Shown here piece after piece: positions 1 to 10,168 of a stretch of 46,568 nt of DNA (position 1 is the first letter of the stretch; the number at the start of each line of letters is the position of its first letter). The DNA is from an uncultured Bacteroides sp. Lineage in GTDB: Bacteria > Bacillota > Clostridia > Lachnospirales > Lachnospiraceae. Position numbers and translations under genes: made by a program. The stretch is from contig CAMBEF010000001.1 in NCBI GenBank assembly GCA_945865495.1, positions 1 to 46,568 of the forward strand, written 5' to 3'. A model generated the notes under the pieces. That model did no database searches, had not been told where the DNA came from, and saw nothing but the letters and a program-made list of their open reading frames with translations.

Positions 1-106
1 GGGCGGGGAAAGGCGCATTATTTAAGCGGAAATGATGCAAAAAAAATTAAGCATTTCGTTACGCGAGCCCACCTGAAAAGAGAAAAATCCCAAAAAATAA
101 AAAATA

Positions 107-145
107 AAAGATAGCACAAAAGAGCACACGCACCTGTGATATTAT
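107..145 (+). promoter_or_regulatory. Putative late promoter / late-activator binding site, copy 1
   Basis: AAAGATAGCACAAAAGAGCACACGC-acc-TGTGATATTAT is repeated at 46337-46375 (37/39 identical). It contains tandem AGCACA boxes and a TG-extended -10-like element, and lies upstream of the packaging operon. Confidence 0.65.
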
Positions 146-164
146 GGTAACGTGGAAAGAAAAG

Positions 165-198
165 AAAAAGGCGGCGCCGATGAGGCAGTCGCCTTTTT
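165..198 (+). terminator. Terminator-like hairpin in the late operon leader
   Basis: AAAAAGGCGGC...GTCGCCTTTTT stem followed by a T run, between the putative late promoter and the first RBS (GGAGGA 203-208). Confidence 0.45.
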
Positions 199-214
199 GC
201 GTGGAGGAATTGAA

Positions 215-1540
215 TTGATATTAGAGAAAAAGAAGCTAAGTGAGTTGAGACCGGCGGACTACAATCCGAGAAAAGCTTTAACTCCAGAAGATGCAGAATA
301 CAAGAAAATTAAAAACAGCATTGAACGCTTCGGGTATGTAGACCCTATCATTATCAATTCAGATGGAACCATTATCGGAGGTCATCAGCGTTACACCGTA
401 CTTACTGATTTAGGGTATACGGAAGCAGAGTGCGTTGTAGTTAATCTGAATAAGAATGATGAAAAGGCACTTAATATTGCGCTTAACAAAATCACTGGTG
501 AATGGGATAACGACAAACTAAAAGACCTACTCATAGACCTTGATATATCAGAGTATGACCTGAGTCTGACAGGCTTCGATACCAATGAGCTTGAGGAGCT
601 TATCGTTCTGCCATCAGATCTTGAGAAGGAAGCTATCGAGGACGACTTTAATCCTGATAACGAATCGGAATTATGTTTCGTAAATCGTGGTGAGGTATGG
701 CAGTTAGGCAACCATAAGTTAATGTGTGGCGATAGCACCGATGGTAATGATGTGAAAAAACTCATGGGCGCAGAGCAGATGGATCTGATTATCACAGATC
801 CGCCGTACAACGTGAACTATGAAGACAAGGTTACGCGACTGAATAAATATCGGACCAATGCGAACGGCAGTATGCAGATTTCCAATGATGAGATGAAGGA
901 TGCCGATTTCTATTCTTTCCTACTTGCGGCATTCGAGAATGCGAACAAATGTATGAGGGATGGCGCAGCAATATATGTATTTCATGCAGATTTCCACGGA
1001 CGCGTTTTCAGACAGGCTCTTGAAGATGCAAATCTGAAGCTTTCACAGGTTTTAATCTGGGAGAAAAATAACTTTGTGCTCGGAAGAAGCGATTATCAGT
1101 GGAGACACGAGCCTATTCTTTATGGTTGGAAAGAGGGGGCACCTCACTATTTCATCAAGGACAGGACTCAGGACACCGTGATACTTGAGGATGACATTGA
1201 TTTCGAGTCAATGAAAAAGCCAGACCTTATTGCATTCATCAAACAGAAAATGAAGGAGTATTCCGAACAAACGAGCGTCATATATGAAAAGATGCCTCGA
1301 AGCAATAACTTGCATCCTACGATGAAACCAATAAGTCTTGTGTCCAAGTTCATGAAGAATAGTAGCAAGGAAGGCTGGAACGTAGGTGACTTATTTGGAG
1401 GCAGTGGTACTACCCTGATTACGGCTGAGCAGCTTGGCCGTAATGCATATGTCATGGAATACGATGAACATTATGCCAGTGTGATTATAAAGCGCTGGGA
1501 AGAGTTTACAGGACAGCAGGCTGTCAGAATAGAGGTATAA
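215..1540 (+). CDS. ParB-like N-terminal domain fused to a DNA N6-A/N4-C methyltransferase
   Basis: N-terminal PADYNPRK...FGYVDPIIIN...IIGGHQR; ITDPPYN catalytic motif precedes HPTMKP and DLFGGSGTT (beta-class order). Start moved from 152 to TTG 215, behind GGAGGA. Confidence 0.9.
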   Translation: MILEKKKLSELRPADYNPRKALTPEDAEYKKIKNSIERFGYVDPIIINSDGTIIGGHQRYTVLTDLGYTEAECVVVNLNKNDEKALNIALNKITGEWDNDKLKDLLIDLDISEYDLSLTGFDTNELEELIVLPSDLEKEAIEDDFNPDNESELCFVNRGEVWQLGNHKLMCGDSTDGNDVKKLMGAEQMDLIITDPPYNVNYEDKVTRLNKYRTNANGSMQISNDEMKDADFYSFLLAAFENANKCMRDGAAIYVFHADFHGRVFRQALEDANLKLSQVLIWEKNNFVLGRSDYQWRHEPILYGWKEGAPHYFIKDRTQDTVILEDDIDFESMKKPDLIAFIKQKMKEYSEQTSVIYEKMPRSNNLHPTMKPISLVSKFMKNSSKEGWNVGDLFGGSGTTLITAEQLGRNAYVMEYDEHYASVIIKRWEEFTGQQAVRIEV

Positions 1541-1546
1541 GAGTAC

Positions 1547-2116
1547 ATGGCAGAAAATAAAGGAAACCAGTATTACAAAGTTGATATCATAGCTGACCTT
1601 TTCGGAGTCAGTGTAAGAAGAATACAGCAGCTCACGCAGGATGGTGTAATTTCAACCACAGAGACTAGCGAGGGCAGGAGATACGATCTGGTTCCAACAA
1701 TTCAGAAATATGTCAAATACCTATCTGATAAAGCTTACGGCAAGTCGAGGTCAGAGGCCGAGGCGAAGCTGAAGGAGCAGAAATTAAAGGCAGAGATAGC
1801 CTTGAAAGAGTCCCAGGGAGAGCTGCACAAAATTAGGACAGAAATAGCGGCCGGCAAGTATGTGTCCGTTGAGGAGGTCAAACTTGATTACAGCCGTTTT
1901 TTCATATCATTTAAAAAATTCGCATTGTCAATACCAAGCAAGCTGGCAGGGCGCTTGACCGGGTTCATTGATCCGGTTGAAGTCAGGCAGTGCGAAAAAG
2001 AATTGCAGGAAGAGATACAGCGACTTCTCAGATCGTTCGTAGTCAGTGCGGTCTCATCGGAGGACGTTGAGGAGACACGAGTTGCCAAGACCAAGAAAAA
2101 AAATAAAGGTAACTGA
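1547..2116 (+). CDS. Terminase small subunit (Nu1-like winged HTH)
   Basis: IADLFGVSVRRIQQLTQDGVI HTH plus coiled coil, directly upstream of the large terminase. Confidence 0.85.
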   Translation: MAENKGNQYYKVDIIADLFGVSVRRIQQLTQDGVISTTETSEGRRYDLVPTIQKYVKYLSDKAYGKSRSEAEAKLKEQKLKAEIALKESQGELHKIRTEIAAGKYVSVEEVKLDYSRFFISFKKFALSIPSKLAGRLTGFIDPVEVRQCEKELQEEIQRLLRSFVVSAVSSEDVEETRVAKTKKKNKGN

Positions 2117-3938
2117 TTATCAGTTAGAAGCCCTGCAATACTTGGCCCCTCCGGAAGAGTTGACCGTTTCGGAATGGGCTGAAAAATATCGTATGCTTGA
2201 TTCAAAGTCATCAGCGATGCCCGGTCCGTGGAGTAATGACATCACACCTTATCTTGTTGGAGTGATGGATGAATTTAACAATTACGAGACCGAAAAGATT
2301 ATATTTGTCAAGCCGACACAGGTTGGAGGAACCGAGGCTCTACAGAATATGATCGGATATATTGTGATGCAGGATCCGGCACCAACGATGATAGTATATC
2401 CGACGGAGACGCTTGCGAAGTCTGTGTCGGAAAACAGATTACAACCGGCACTCAAGGCCACACCAAAGATAGCGGAGAAGTTCGATGAGACATCGCCTCT
2501 GCTAGAGCTTCATTTTGAAAGCATGTACATCACACTTGCCGGTTCAAATTCGCCTGCAGGTCTGGCCAGTAAGCCTATCAGATTTCTGATGATGGATGAG
2601 GTTGACAAGTATCCCGGAGCCAGCAGCAAAGAGGCAGACCCGATTAAGCTTGCAATGGAACGAACTAAAACGTTCCACAATAAAAAAGTATATATCACAA
2701 GTACACCAACGCTAAAGACCGGCCACATCTGGAAAGAGAAAGAGAGCGCCGATATTGAAAAGCATTTCTTTGTTCCTTGTCCTCACTGTGGCGAATACAT
2801 TGAGTTTAAGTTTCAGAACATTCGTTTTCCGGAGGATAAAGACCTAAGCAATGCAGACCGGGCGGAGCTTGCCACATATGTATGTCAGAATTGCGGATGC
2901 ATTATTACCGACAATGACAAGCATAATATGCTAAAGCTCGGAGAATGGCGAACCGTGAAGCACAACACCAAGTTCGCAAGAAGCGTTGCTTTCTGGATAA
3001 ATACACTTTACAGCCCATTTGTCAGATGGGCGCAGATAGTAAAGGAGTTCCTTGATGCAAAGGACGATCCTGAACAGCTACAAAACTTTGTCAATTCATG
3101 GCTTGCAGAGCCGTGGGAAGATACAAGACTCAAGACAAGTGAAGACCTTGTCTTAGAGAGACAGACCGAGGTACCGCAGTATGTAGTACCTAAATGGGCC
3201 AAGCTTCTTACAGGCGGGGTCGATGTTCAGGAGACATGTTTGTATTGGACCATCAGAGCATGGGGCAATTATCTGACAAGTCAAAACATAGCGCACGGAC
3301 AGGCTCTATCATTTAATGAGGTTGACCAGGTAATGAACCTGCAATATGTAACAGAAGATGGAGAGCCGATGATAGTCAATCTGTGTCTGATTGATTCAGG
3401 AGACCAGACGGATGATGTATACGATTTCTGCGCAAGCCGGGGCGACTACGCATTGCCAGTCAAAGGTTCAAGCCACGCACAGCTCAGTCAGTTCAAACTT
3501 AGCAAGATTAACAAGGTTGAAAGCAGCGCTTATGGTATGACGCTCGTCCTTGTAGATGGTGACAAATACAAGGATCTGATAGCCGGCCGAATGATGAGGG
3601 AGAACGGCCGTGGTAGTTGGATGGTATATGCAGGATGCGATCTTGAGTATGCTAAGCAGGTGACAGCAGAGCATAAGGTTAATGTTAAGACACCTAACGG
3701 TATCAAGCAGATATGGAAGCCTAAAAGTACGCATCGAGATAACCATTATTTAGATTGTGAGGTGTACGCAGCGGCGGCCGCAGATATGATGGGCGTCAGA
3801 ACACTTCATCTGATGAATGAGGAGAAGCCTGTCCAAGACAAGGCTAATACACAGAATGAACCACCTGAGACACCGGAAGAGCAGTGGATCAAGGCTAATG
3901 ATAATTGGATTCAGGAAGGAGCAGGCAATGGCAGATAA
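2046..3938 (+). CDS. Terminase large subunit, lambda GpA family
   Basis: TVSEWAEKYR, KPTQVGGTE (Walker A variant), MDEVDKYP, STPT, VPCPHCGE, GVDVQ, NHYLDCEVYA. True start is probably TTG 2082 behind GAGGAG. Confidence 0.95.
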   Translation: MRSHRRTLRRHELPRPRKKIKVTDYQLEALQYLAPPEELTVSEWAEKYRMLDSKSSAMPGPWSNDITPYLVGVMDEFNNYETEKIIFVKPTQVGGTEALQNMIGYIVMQDPAPTMIVYPTETLAKSVSENRLQPALKATPKIAEKFDETSPLLELHFESMYITLAGSNSPAGLASKPIRFLMMDEVDKYPGASSKEADPIKLAMERTKTFHNKKVYITSTPTLKTGHIWKEKESADIEKHFFVPCPHCGEYIEFKFQNIRFPEDKDLSNADRAELATYVCQNCGCIITDNDKHNMLKLGEWRTVKHNTKFARSVAFWINTLYSPFVRWAQIVKEFLDAKDDPEQLQNFVNSWLAEPWEDTRLKTSEDLVLERQTEVPQYVVPKWAKLLTGGVDVQETCLYWTIRAWGNYLTSQNIAHGQALSFNEVDQVMNLQYVTEDGEPMIVNLCLIDSGDQTDDVYDFCASRGDYALPVKGSSHAQLSQFKLSKINKVESSAYGMTLVLVDGDKYKDLIAGRMMRENGRGSWMVYAGCDLEYAKQVTAEHKVNVKTPNGIKQIWKPKSTHRDNHYLDCEVYAAAAADMMGVRTLHLMNEEKPVQDKANTQNEPPETPEEQWIKANDNWIQEGAGNGR

Positions 3939-4164
3939 CAATGAAGTACCAGTAACAACAGAAGGTCTGCTTAATAGCGTCAATTCAGCAATAGCAGCAA
4001 TCACAGTTGGAGGACAGTCATACAAGATAGGTTCGAGAAGCTTAACAAGAGCTGATTTGAAGCAGTTATATACAATGCGAAATGATTTAAGAGCCGAAGT
4101 GGCGGCGCAGGGAGCAAGTTCATTGCTTGATGACTGCTATGTAGGTATTTTTTCAGGGAGGTAA
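3928..4164 (+). CDS. Head-tail joining protein (lambda gpW-like)
   Basis: AIAAITVGGQSYKIGSRSLTRADL motif; position between terminase and portal; ATG 3928 behind AAGGAG. Confidence 0.8.
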   Translation: MADNNEVPVTTEGLLNSVNSAIAAITVGGQSYKIGSRSLTRADLKQLYTMRNDLRAEVAAQGASSLLDDCYVGIFSGR

Positions 4165-4166
4165 GA

Positions 4167-5687
4167 ATGGGCTGGTTAGATAATGTCATAGCAACCATAT
4201 CCCCGGCGACTGCGTATAAGCGTGAGACATACAGACAGGCATATACAGCACTTAAGGGATATTACGATGCCGCGGACAAGACCGGCATCAATCAAAACTG
4301 GCGTGTGAGTAATACATCAGCTGAGTTTACTGATAGATATAGCAGAGACGATGTAAGGGCAAGAGCCAGAGATTTGGAGCGCAACAGCGATGTTATGAAC
4401 TCCTTGACAGGAGCTTTCAAGAGGAATGTCGTTGGAGGAGGCTACCGTATTCAGGTTCAGACTGACGATGCGGAACTAAATAAGAAAATAGAAAAGGCAT
4501 GGAAAAAGTGGTGCAAAGCAAAGAACTGCGACGTTACCGGAACCCAGAGCCTTAATCAGATAATCAGGATGGCTGTTGAGCGCAAGCGAATTGATGGAGG
4601 CATATTATTCGTCAAGAGATACACTAAACAGGCTTTCGTGCCATTTCAGTTGCAGATGCTTGAGGTTGATGAGCTTGATACATCAATCATGAACGCTAAA
4701 AACAGAGGCAATAAAGTTGTTGGAGGCATTGAATACAATTCATTCAACAGACCGGTCGGTTACTACATTAGGCAGTACGACATAGATGGATATTCACCAA
4801 GAGACCCTGTGTATATCGAAGCGAAGGACGTTATCTTTTACTTTTCAAAAAAGCGCCCATCGCAGCTTAGAGAAATCTCCGATATGACGCCTACGATACC
4901 ACGTATCAGGGATGTTAATGAATTTATGACGGCCGTGTCCGTAAAGGAGCGAATTGAAGCCTGTCTCGCAGTATTCATTAAGAAGGCACTCCCGATGACC
5001 GGCATTGGAAGAGGCAATAACAGTCAGAGCATGGCCGACAAGATTACTTACGAGGGCAAGACTATAAGCCCGGGCATGATTAAGGAAATGAATGTCGGAG
5101 ATGAGATACAGGTTGTCAACCCTTCCGGTCAGGGCGCAGACGCGACAAGCTATACAAAACTACAGCTCAGGCAGATAGGCGCAGGCCAAGGACTAAGCTA
5201 CGAGGCCACGAGCAGGGATATGGCAGAGAGCACTTATTCATCGGCCAGACAAGGCATGATTGAAGATGATATGACGTACCAGGAAGAGAAGGAACTTCTA
5301 GTTGAAATACTTGATGAGATATATGAGACCTTCCTGATATCGGCGGTGCTTCGTGGAGTTATTGATATTAAAGACTTCTGGGAAAAAAAGGATGAATACA
5401 TGGAACATAACTGGATTCAATCCCCTAAACCATGGATAGACCCTCAGAAAGAATCAAATGCCAATATGACCGCATTAAGGACCGGTCAGAAAACATACAA
5501 ACAGATTGCAGCCGAGAACGGCCGTGATTGGAGAGAACAGATTGACGATATGGCCGAGGTTATCAATTATGGTAACGAAAAAGGCGTAGATATGGGAGGT
5601 GTTCTATTTGGAACGACGAACGAAAGTCCGGACAGCATACCTGATGAGGGAGATGACGAAAGCGGACAGCGAAAGAAAAAAGACTGA
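4167..5687 (+). CDS. Portal protein, lambda family
   Basis: RARARDLERN, GGIEYNSFNRPVGYY, YSSARQG and PWIDPQKE motifs. Confidence 0.95.
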   Translation: MGWLDNVIATISPATAYKRETYRQAYTALKGYYDAADKTGINQNWRVSNTSAEFTDRYSRDDVRARARDLERNSDVMNSLTGAFKRNVVGGGYRIQVQTDDAELNKKIEKAWKKWCKAKNCDVTGTQSLNQIIRMAVERKRIDGGILFVKRYTKQAFVPFQLQMLEVDELDTSIMNAKNRGNKVVGGIEYNSFNRPVGYYIRQYDIDGYSPRDPVYIEAKDVIFYFSKKRPSQLREISDMTPTIPRIRDVNEFMTAVSVKERIEACLAVFIKKALPMTGIGRGNNSQSMADKITYEGKTISPGMIKEMNVGDEIQVVNPSGQGADATSYTKLQLRQIGAGQGLSYEATSRDMAESTYSSARQGMIEDDMTYQEEKELLVEILDEIYETFLISAVLRGVIDIKDFWEKKDEYMEHNWIQSPKPWIDPQKESNANMTALRTGQKTYKQIAAENGRDWREQIDDMAEVINYGNEKGVDMGGVLFGTTNESPDSIPDEGDDESGQRKKKD

Positions 5688-6285
5688 AATTAACGGCAGT
5701 TTGGAAAGATACTTAACAAACTGCAATATCACAAGAATGAATGGAGAAGGAAATGAGCGAAAATTCGAGCTTTCCTTCTCATCAGAGGAACCATATGAAA
5801 GATGGTTCGGCATGGAAATTTTGTCTCATGCCGAAGGCGCCCTTGACTTAACTCGACTAAATTCCATTGGCGTAGTCCTATTTAATCACGATCGGGACAA
5901 AGTCGTAGGAAGAATTAACAGAGCATGGGTTGAGGATAACAGAGGCAAGGCGGAAATCGAATTTGATTCAGACGATGCAGCAGAAGTCATTTACCAAAAA
6001 GTACTGAGCGGAACACTTAAAGGTGTGTCCGTGGGATACAGGGTTGACGTGTGGGAAGAGGTATCAGCCAACAAACAGTCAGCCGACGGTCGATTCACAG
6101 GACCATGTGACATAGCTACACGATGGACTCCGTATGAGATATCCATCGTCAGCGTACCTGCAGATCCAACGGTAGGAGTTGGACGTTCACAGCAGGATGA
6201 AACAAAGGGAGTAAGCAGCTTTTACTACAACGAAAAGCAGCTCCAAATAAATGAAAATCTTTTAACAGGAGGTAAAGTAGTATGA
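5599..6285 (+). CDS. Prohead protease (HK97-type)
   Basis: LSFSSEEPYERWFG, VLFNHD, GVSVGY and EISIVSVPADPTVGVGR. Real start is probably 5644 or 5653. Confidence 0.9.
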   Translation: MFYLERRTKVRTAYLMREMTKADSERKKTEINGSLERYLTNCNITRMNGEGNERKFELSFSSEEPYERWFGMEILSHAEGALDLTRLNSIGVVLFNHDRDKVVGRINRAWVEDNRGKAEIEFDSDDAAEVIYQKVLSGTLKGVSVGYRVDVWEEVSANKQSADGRFTGPCDIATRWTPYEISIVSVPADPTVGVGRSQQDETKGVSSFYYNEKQLQINENLLTGGKVV

Positions 6286-7850
6286 ATCGCAAACAACTGA
6301 TTCAGAGACAGCAGGAGCTACTTAATACAGCAAAAGCTGCAAAAAGAGAGCTTACTGCAGAAGAGCAGGCTGAGTTTGACAGTATCACCCGACAGCTTCA
6401 GGCGATGGATAGTTCACAGCCAGATGAGAGTAATCCCGGAGTTCCTAATTCCGGAGCACGTTCACATGAGGGACAGCAGACTAACGGTCCTGACGAAGAG
6501 AATGTAAGACAGCTTGCTATCAGGGCAGAGCGTGAGAGATGCGCTACAATTACAAACCTTTGCAGATCTTTCAATATCTCAGAGGACGAGACAAATTCTT
6601 TCATCAATGACGGTGTGTCCGTAGATGGAGTGCGTACAGCAATTCTTGAGGGCCTTGTAGAGAATAATCAGCCTGTCAATTCAAGAGGCGTTGCGGATGT
6701 AACAGTGACAAAGGATGAGCAGGATAAGTTCAGAAGAGCTGCAGGGGACGCGCTTGTAATGCGTTCAGGTATCAACATTGAGAATCCTGCGGAGGGCGCA
6801 AGAGACCTTATGAACATGTCCCTTAAGGACCTTGCTATTGATTCGCTTGTATCAACTGGAGAAAAAGGGCTCAACAGACGTTCTGCAGATGAAATCTTTT
6901 CGATGGTAACAAGGCAGTATTTTTCGCCAACAGCTGCATTCCCATCAATCTTAGACAATGCCATTAATAAGGCTTACGTCGAGGGACACAAGACTGTGGC
7001 TGTCACATTCGATCAGTGGACTAAGAAGGGCACGCTTAAGGACTTCAAGACAGTTGATAACAACTACATTGCAGGTTCAGCCGGTGAGTTCTTAGAAGTA
7101 CCAGAGGGCGGAGAACTTAAGCATGATACTTACGAGGACAAGAAACGTCCAACAAGAAAGCTTAAGACATACGGGCGTCAGTTCACACTGACACGTCAGG
7201 CATTCATCAACGATGACATCGAACTTATTACAAAGCTTCCGGCGCGCTACGCAAAGAGTGCACGTAAGACTATCAATAAGCAGTGTTATCAGATCCTCTG
7301 CAATAATCCAGCTATTTATGATGGCAAAGTTTTATTCTCAAAGGCTCATGGAAACCTTATTACAACAGGTACAGGTATCACACAGGCGTCAATGCAGGCT
7401 ATGATCATGGCGCTCCAGAATCAGACAGACGAGTTCGGAGAGGCTATCATCGTAAGACCGGCGGCAATCATCGTACCGGCCGGAATGGCATTTGACATTT
7501 ACACACTGTTCAATAGTCCTACCATCAACACAGAGGGTAACACACAGGCAGTTAACCCACTGTACGCATATGCGCAGCACATTAAGGTTATTGAGGACCC
7601 TACAATTAATGTACTCTGTGGTGGTTTCGGCAACGTGATGCCATGGTGGTTACTTGGTTCTAAGGATGACACAGACTTCATCGAGGTTGACTATCTGAAC
7701 GGACAGGAGATACCTACAATCAGAAGAATGGAAACTCCGGGACAGCTTGGCTTTGTATGGGATATTTATCTCGATTGGGGTATCAGCGTTATGGATTGGC
7801 GTGGTGCTATCAAGAATCCGGGTGTTGCAATTGAAAGCCCACTTGATTAA
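6282..7850 (+). CDS. Major capsid protein with N-terminal scaffold (Mu gpT-like family)
   Basis: Coiled-coil N-terminus, then DFK, KLKTYGRQFTLTRQAFINDD, IEVDYLNGQEIP and DWGISVMDWRG. Confidence 0.9.
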   Translation: MNRKQLIQRQQELLNTAKAAKRELTAEEQAEFDSITRQLQAMDSSQPDESNPGVPNSGARSHEGQQTNGPDEENVRQLAIRAERERCATITNLCRSFNISEDETNSFINDGVSVDGVRTAILEGLVENNQPVNSRGVADVTVTKDEQDKFRRAAGDALVMRSGINIENPAEGARDLMNMSLKDLAIDSLVSTGEKGLNRRSADEIFSMVTRQYFSPTAAFPSILDNAINKAYVEGHKTVAVTFDQWTKKGTLKDFKTVDNNYIAGSAGEFLEVPEGGELKHDTYEDKKRPTRKLKTYGRQFTLTRQAFINDDIELITKLPARYAKSARKTINKQCYQILCNNPAIYDGKVLFSKAHGNLITTGTGITQASMQAMIMALQNQTDEFGEAIIVRPAAIIVPAGMAFDIYTLFNSPTINTEGNTQAVNPLYAYAQHIKVIEDPTINVLCGGFGNVMPWWLLGSKDDTDFIEVDYLNGQEIPTIRRMETPGQLGFVWDIYLDWGISVMDWRGAIKNPGVAIESPLD

Positions 7851-7864
7851 GGAGGTAAAGCTAA

Positions 7865-8191
7865 ATGAAAGCAGAATACTGGCAGAGAGGCGAAAGCCTT
7901 GATTATACAAACACAGGTGCTACAACTATTGAGGCTAATAGCATTATAGATCTCAAGACAAGAATAGCTGTGGCTGGCACAGCTATTGAGCCTAAAATGA
8001 CAGGTTCGATACATGTCACAGGCATATACAGGATTAAAAAGGCGGATTCGACCGCCATTGATCTTGCAGCTCCGGTATATTACTCAGCAACCGGAATTAC
8101 AGCAACAGCCGATAAGAATACTCCGGTCGGATATGCAGCAGAAGCATCAGCCGCAGGAGCCGAGTATATACTTGTCAACCTGCAAGGATAG
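7865..8191 (+). CDS. Capsid cement/decoration protein (DUF2190-like)
   Basis: Small Ala/Gly-rich protein after the MCP; YWQRGESLDYTN start and PVGYA motif. Confidence 0.75.
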   Translation: MKAEYWQRGESLDYTNTGATTIEANSIIDLKTRIAVAGTAIEPKMTGSIHVTGIYRIKKADSTAIDLAAPVYYSATGITATADKNTPVGYAAEASAAGAEYILVNLQG

Positions 8192-8200
8192 GAGGTTGCT

Positions 8201-8659
8201 ATGGCAGCAAAAAACACCAAGGCGAAGGTTGAGGAAAAGCAGCAGGAGGCAGTACCTGCTGCACCTGCATCCGCATTAGACGAAAGCGCAGTTGTCGCTA
8301 CACCAACTACAGGTGAGACACCAACTACAGGTGAGACACTAACCGTGGATGAGACGGTTAATGCAGATACACCGTCAGCGGAAGAAGATAAAGTACTTGT
8401 TGCTCAGGTATATATCCTGTACCTGGCACATCATTATAGGCCGGGTGAAGAGATACCGGCAAATGACCTCGATATGGTTAAGGCCTGGCTTGAGGCGGGC
8501 AGTGTACAGTGGGTACCAATATCAGAGTTTGCGAGAGATAAAGCCTATCCAATGACAGCTATAGACGGTATGTACGGCACTGCGACATGTTCAGATTCCG
8601 ATAATGGTATCAACATAGTCGGAAGAGTACCTATTAATTCAGCGAGACAACGCAAATAA
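8201..8659 (+). CDS. Hypothetical virion-associated protein
   Basis: GGAGG RBS; low-complexity N-terminus with an 18-bp tandem duplication (TPTTGE x2, 8300-8339); located in the head-tail region. Confidence 0.7.
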   Translation: MAAKNTKAKVEEKQQEAVPAAPASALDESAVVATPTTGETPTTGETLTVDETVNADTPSAEEDKVLVAQVYILYLAHHYRPGEEIPANDLDMVKAWLEAGSVQWVPISEFARDKAYPMTAIDGMYGTATCSDSDNGINIVGRVPINSARQRK

Positions 8660-8675
8660 AAACCAGGGAGTAGAT

Positions 8676-9011
8676 ATGACCTTTAAAGACCAAATCGCAA
8701 AAGATAACCAAATAGTGTTTATGAATGAGCTCGAGTTCTGCGAGAAACATCTTATCAATAACAGGATGATACCATGCATTATCGACAACAATGAGCTTAT
8801 CGACAGAGAGAAGCGATACCAATATCGAAGAAGTCTTTATGCGGATGGAGTATACCTCAAAGAGCTTTTAATCTATGTTAGAGAAAAAGACTTCGGCCCA
8901 TTACCTGCAGTTGGCAGGTCAGTAATGGTTGATAAGAAGTCGTACATAGTATCGGATGCAATTAATGAGGATGGTATCTACTCCCTGACATTGGAGGCTA
9001 ACAAGACATGA
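8676..9011 (+). CDS. Head-tail adaptor/closure protein
   Basis: MTFKDQIAKD...F.N..EF.E.H N-terminus typical of these proteins; synteny. Confidence 0.65.
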   Translation: MTFKDQIAKDNQIVFMNELEFCEKHLINNRMIPCIIDNNELIDREKRYQYRRSLYADGVYLKELLIYVREKDFGPLPAVGRSVMVDKKSYIVSDAINEDGIYSLTLEANKT

Positions 9012-9625
9012 TTCATTTTTTCGTGGAGATGCAGGACCTTACCGAAATCGAGAAGGCGCTGGGAATGCAGAAGGATAAGTCCAAGATGGTGCTCCGCTCG
9101 GCTATTAACCAGACAGCCAAAGAGACAAAGAAGCTGTTAGTAGATGAGGCTAACAGAGAGTATTTCATTGCAAAGGGTAAGGTCAGTAAGACTTTATCAA
9201 TCAAAAAGGCTACAACAGGACATATGGAAGGCATCGTGCAGTCTGTGGGACCTGTGAATGAGCTTTATGATTTCAAGGTAAGACCTAAAGGATATAATCC
9301 AAGCTCCCGACCGAGAGCAGGTCATACTGGTAATGTCAAGCGTATCAATCCACCTAAGAGGTTGTACCTTATGCCAAGCAATTCGGATGACAAGTACAAG
9401 GCTTTCACGGTTCAATTCAAGAACGGACACAAAAGCATAGCTCAGCGTGTGCCTGGCACACATATGAGGGACAAACCATGGAAAGAGGGTATCAAGAATC
9501 TGTATTCAACATCTACACCAAGTATGCTTGGCTATGAGAAGGGTGTATTCGGTGTAGTGGAGCCCCAAATGTATGACATGTTACAAAGAAACATTCAGGA
9601 ACAGATATTACGCTATACAAGCTAG
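9008..9625 (+). CDS. Minor tail/neck protein (lambda gpZ-like)
   Basis: Basic protein with RSAINQTAK and a C-terminal LYSTSTPSML motif; synteny. Confidence 0.65.
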   Translation: MIHFFVEMQDLTEIEKALGMQKDKSKMVLRSAINQTAKETKKLLVDEANREYFIAKGKVSKTLSIKKATTGHMEGIVQSVGPVNELYDFKVRPKGYNPSSRPRAGHTGNVKRINPPKRLYLMPSNSDDKYKAFTVQFKNGHKSIAQRVPGTHMRDKPWKEGIKNLYSTSTPSMLGYEKGVFGVVEPQMYDMLQRNIQEQILRYTS

Positions 9626-9634
9626 GAGGAGCGT

Positions 9635-10168
9635 ATGACACCATTAGAACTACAGGATGACTTAGTGGATGAGCTCAAGGCAATGTTTGAGCAGCACACA
9701 TTCAAAGTGCCTGATTATGACGCTATCGAAAGCCCTGACGAGAACAACGAAATAGAGCCAAGATTCCAAACACCTACACCGTTTAAGCGGGTACCGCTTA
9801 ATATATATGCTCAACAGTTACCGGTACAGGAAAGCGACGATGACGCGGATCCAGTACCATATATCATAGTCAGGCTTAACAGCGGTCACGATATCGGAGA
9901 TGGAGCCAGCGTTAATGCTGTGAAGCTCATAGTAATTATCGGAATATGGGATGATGACTCTACAAATCAGGGGCACCGAGATGTGATGAACATAATCCAG
10001 GATATATACGAGCGATTCAGCAAAACACCTAGCTTAAAAAATAAATATGCCTTTGCAGGCGATTTCAATTGGGCACTCCAAGAGGATGCGTATTTCCCAT
10101 ATCACTTTGGAGCCTGCAGTATGGCGTTTAATATTCCAGCAATAAGAAGGGAGGACCCATTAACATGA
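9635..10168 (+). CDS. Putative tail terminator/completion protein
   Basis: PYIIVR...IIGIWDDD...GHRDVMNII...PYHFG; upstream of the sheath. Confidence 0.6.
   Translation: MTPLELQDDLVDELKAMFEQHTFKVPDYDAIESPDENNEIEPRFQTPTPFKRVPLNIYAQQLPVQESDDDADPVPYIIVRLNSGHDIGDGASVNAVKLIVIIGIWDDDSTNQGHRDVMNIIQDIYERFSKTPSLKNKYAFAGDFNWALQEDAYFPYHFGACSMAFNIPAIRREDPLT

Noticed and set aside
8300-8339. 18-bp in-frame tandem duplications (also 26880-26918 in the holin tail)
   Set aside because: Simple slippage in low-complexity linkers; no evidence of function.
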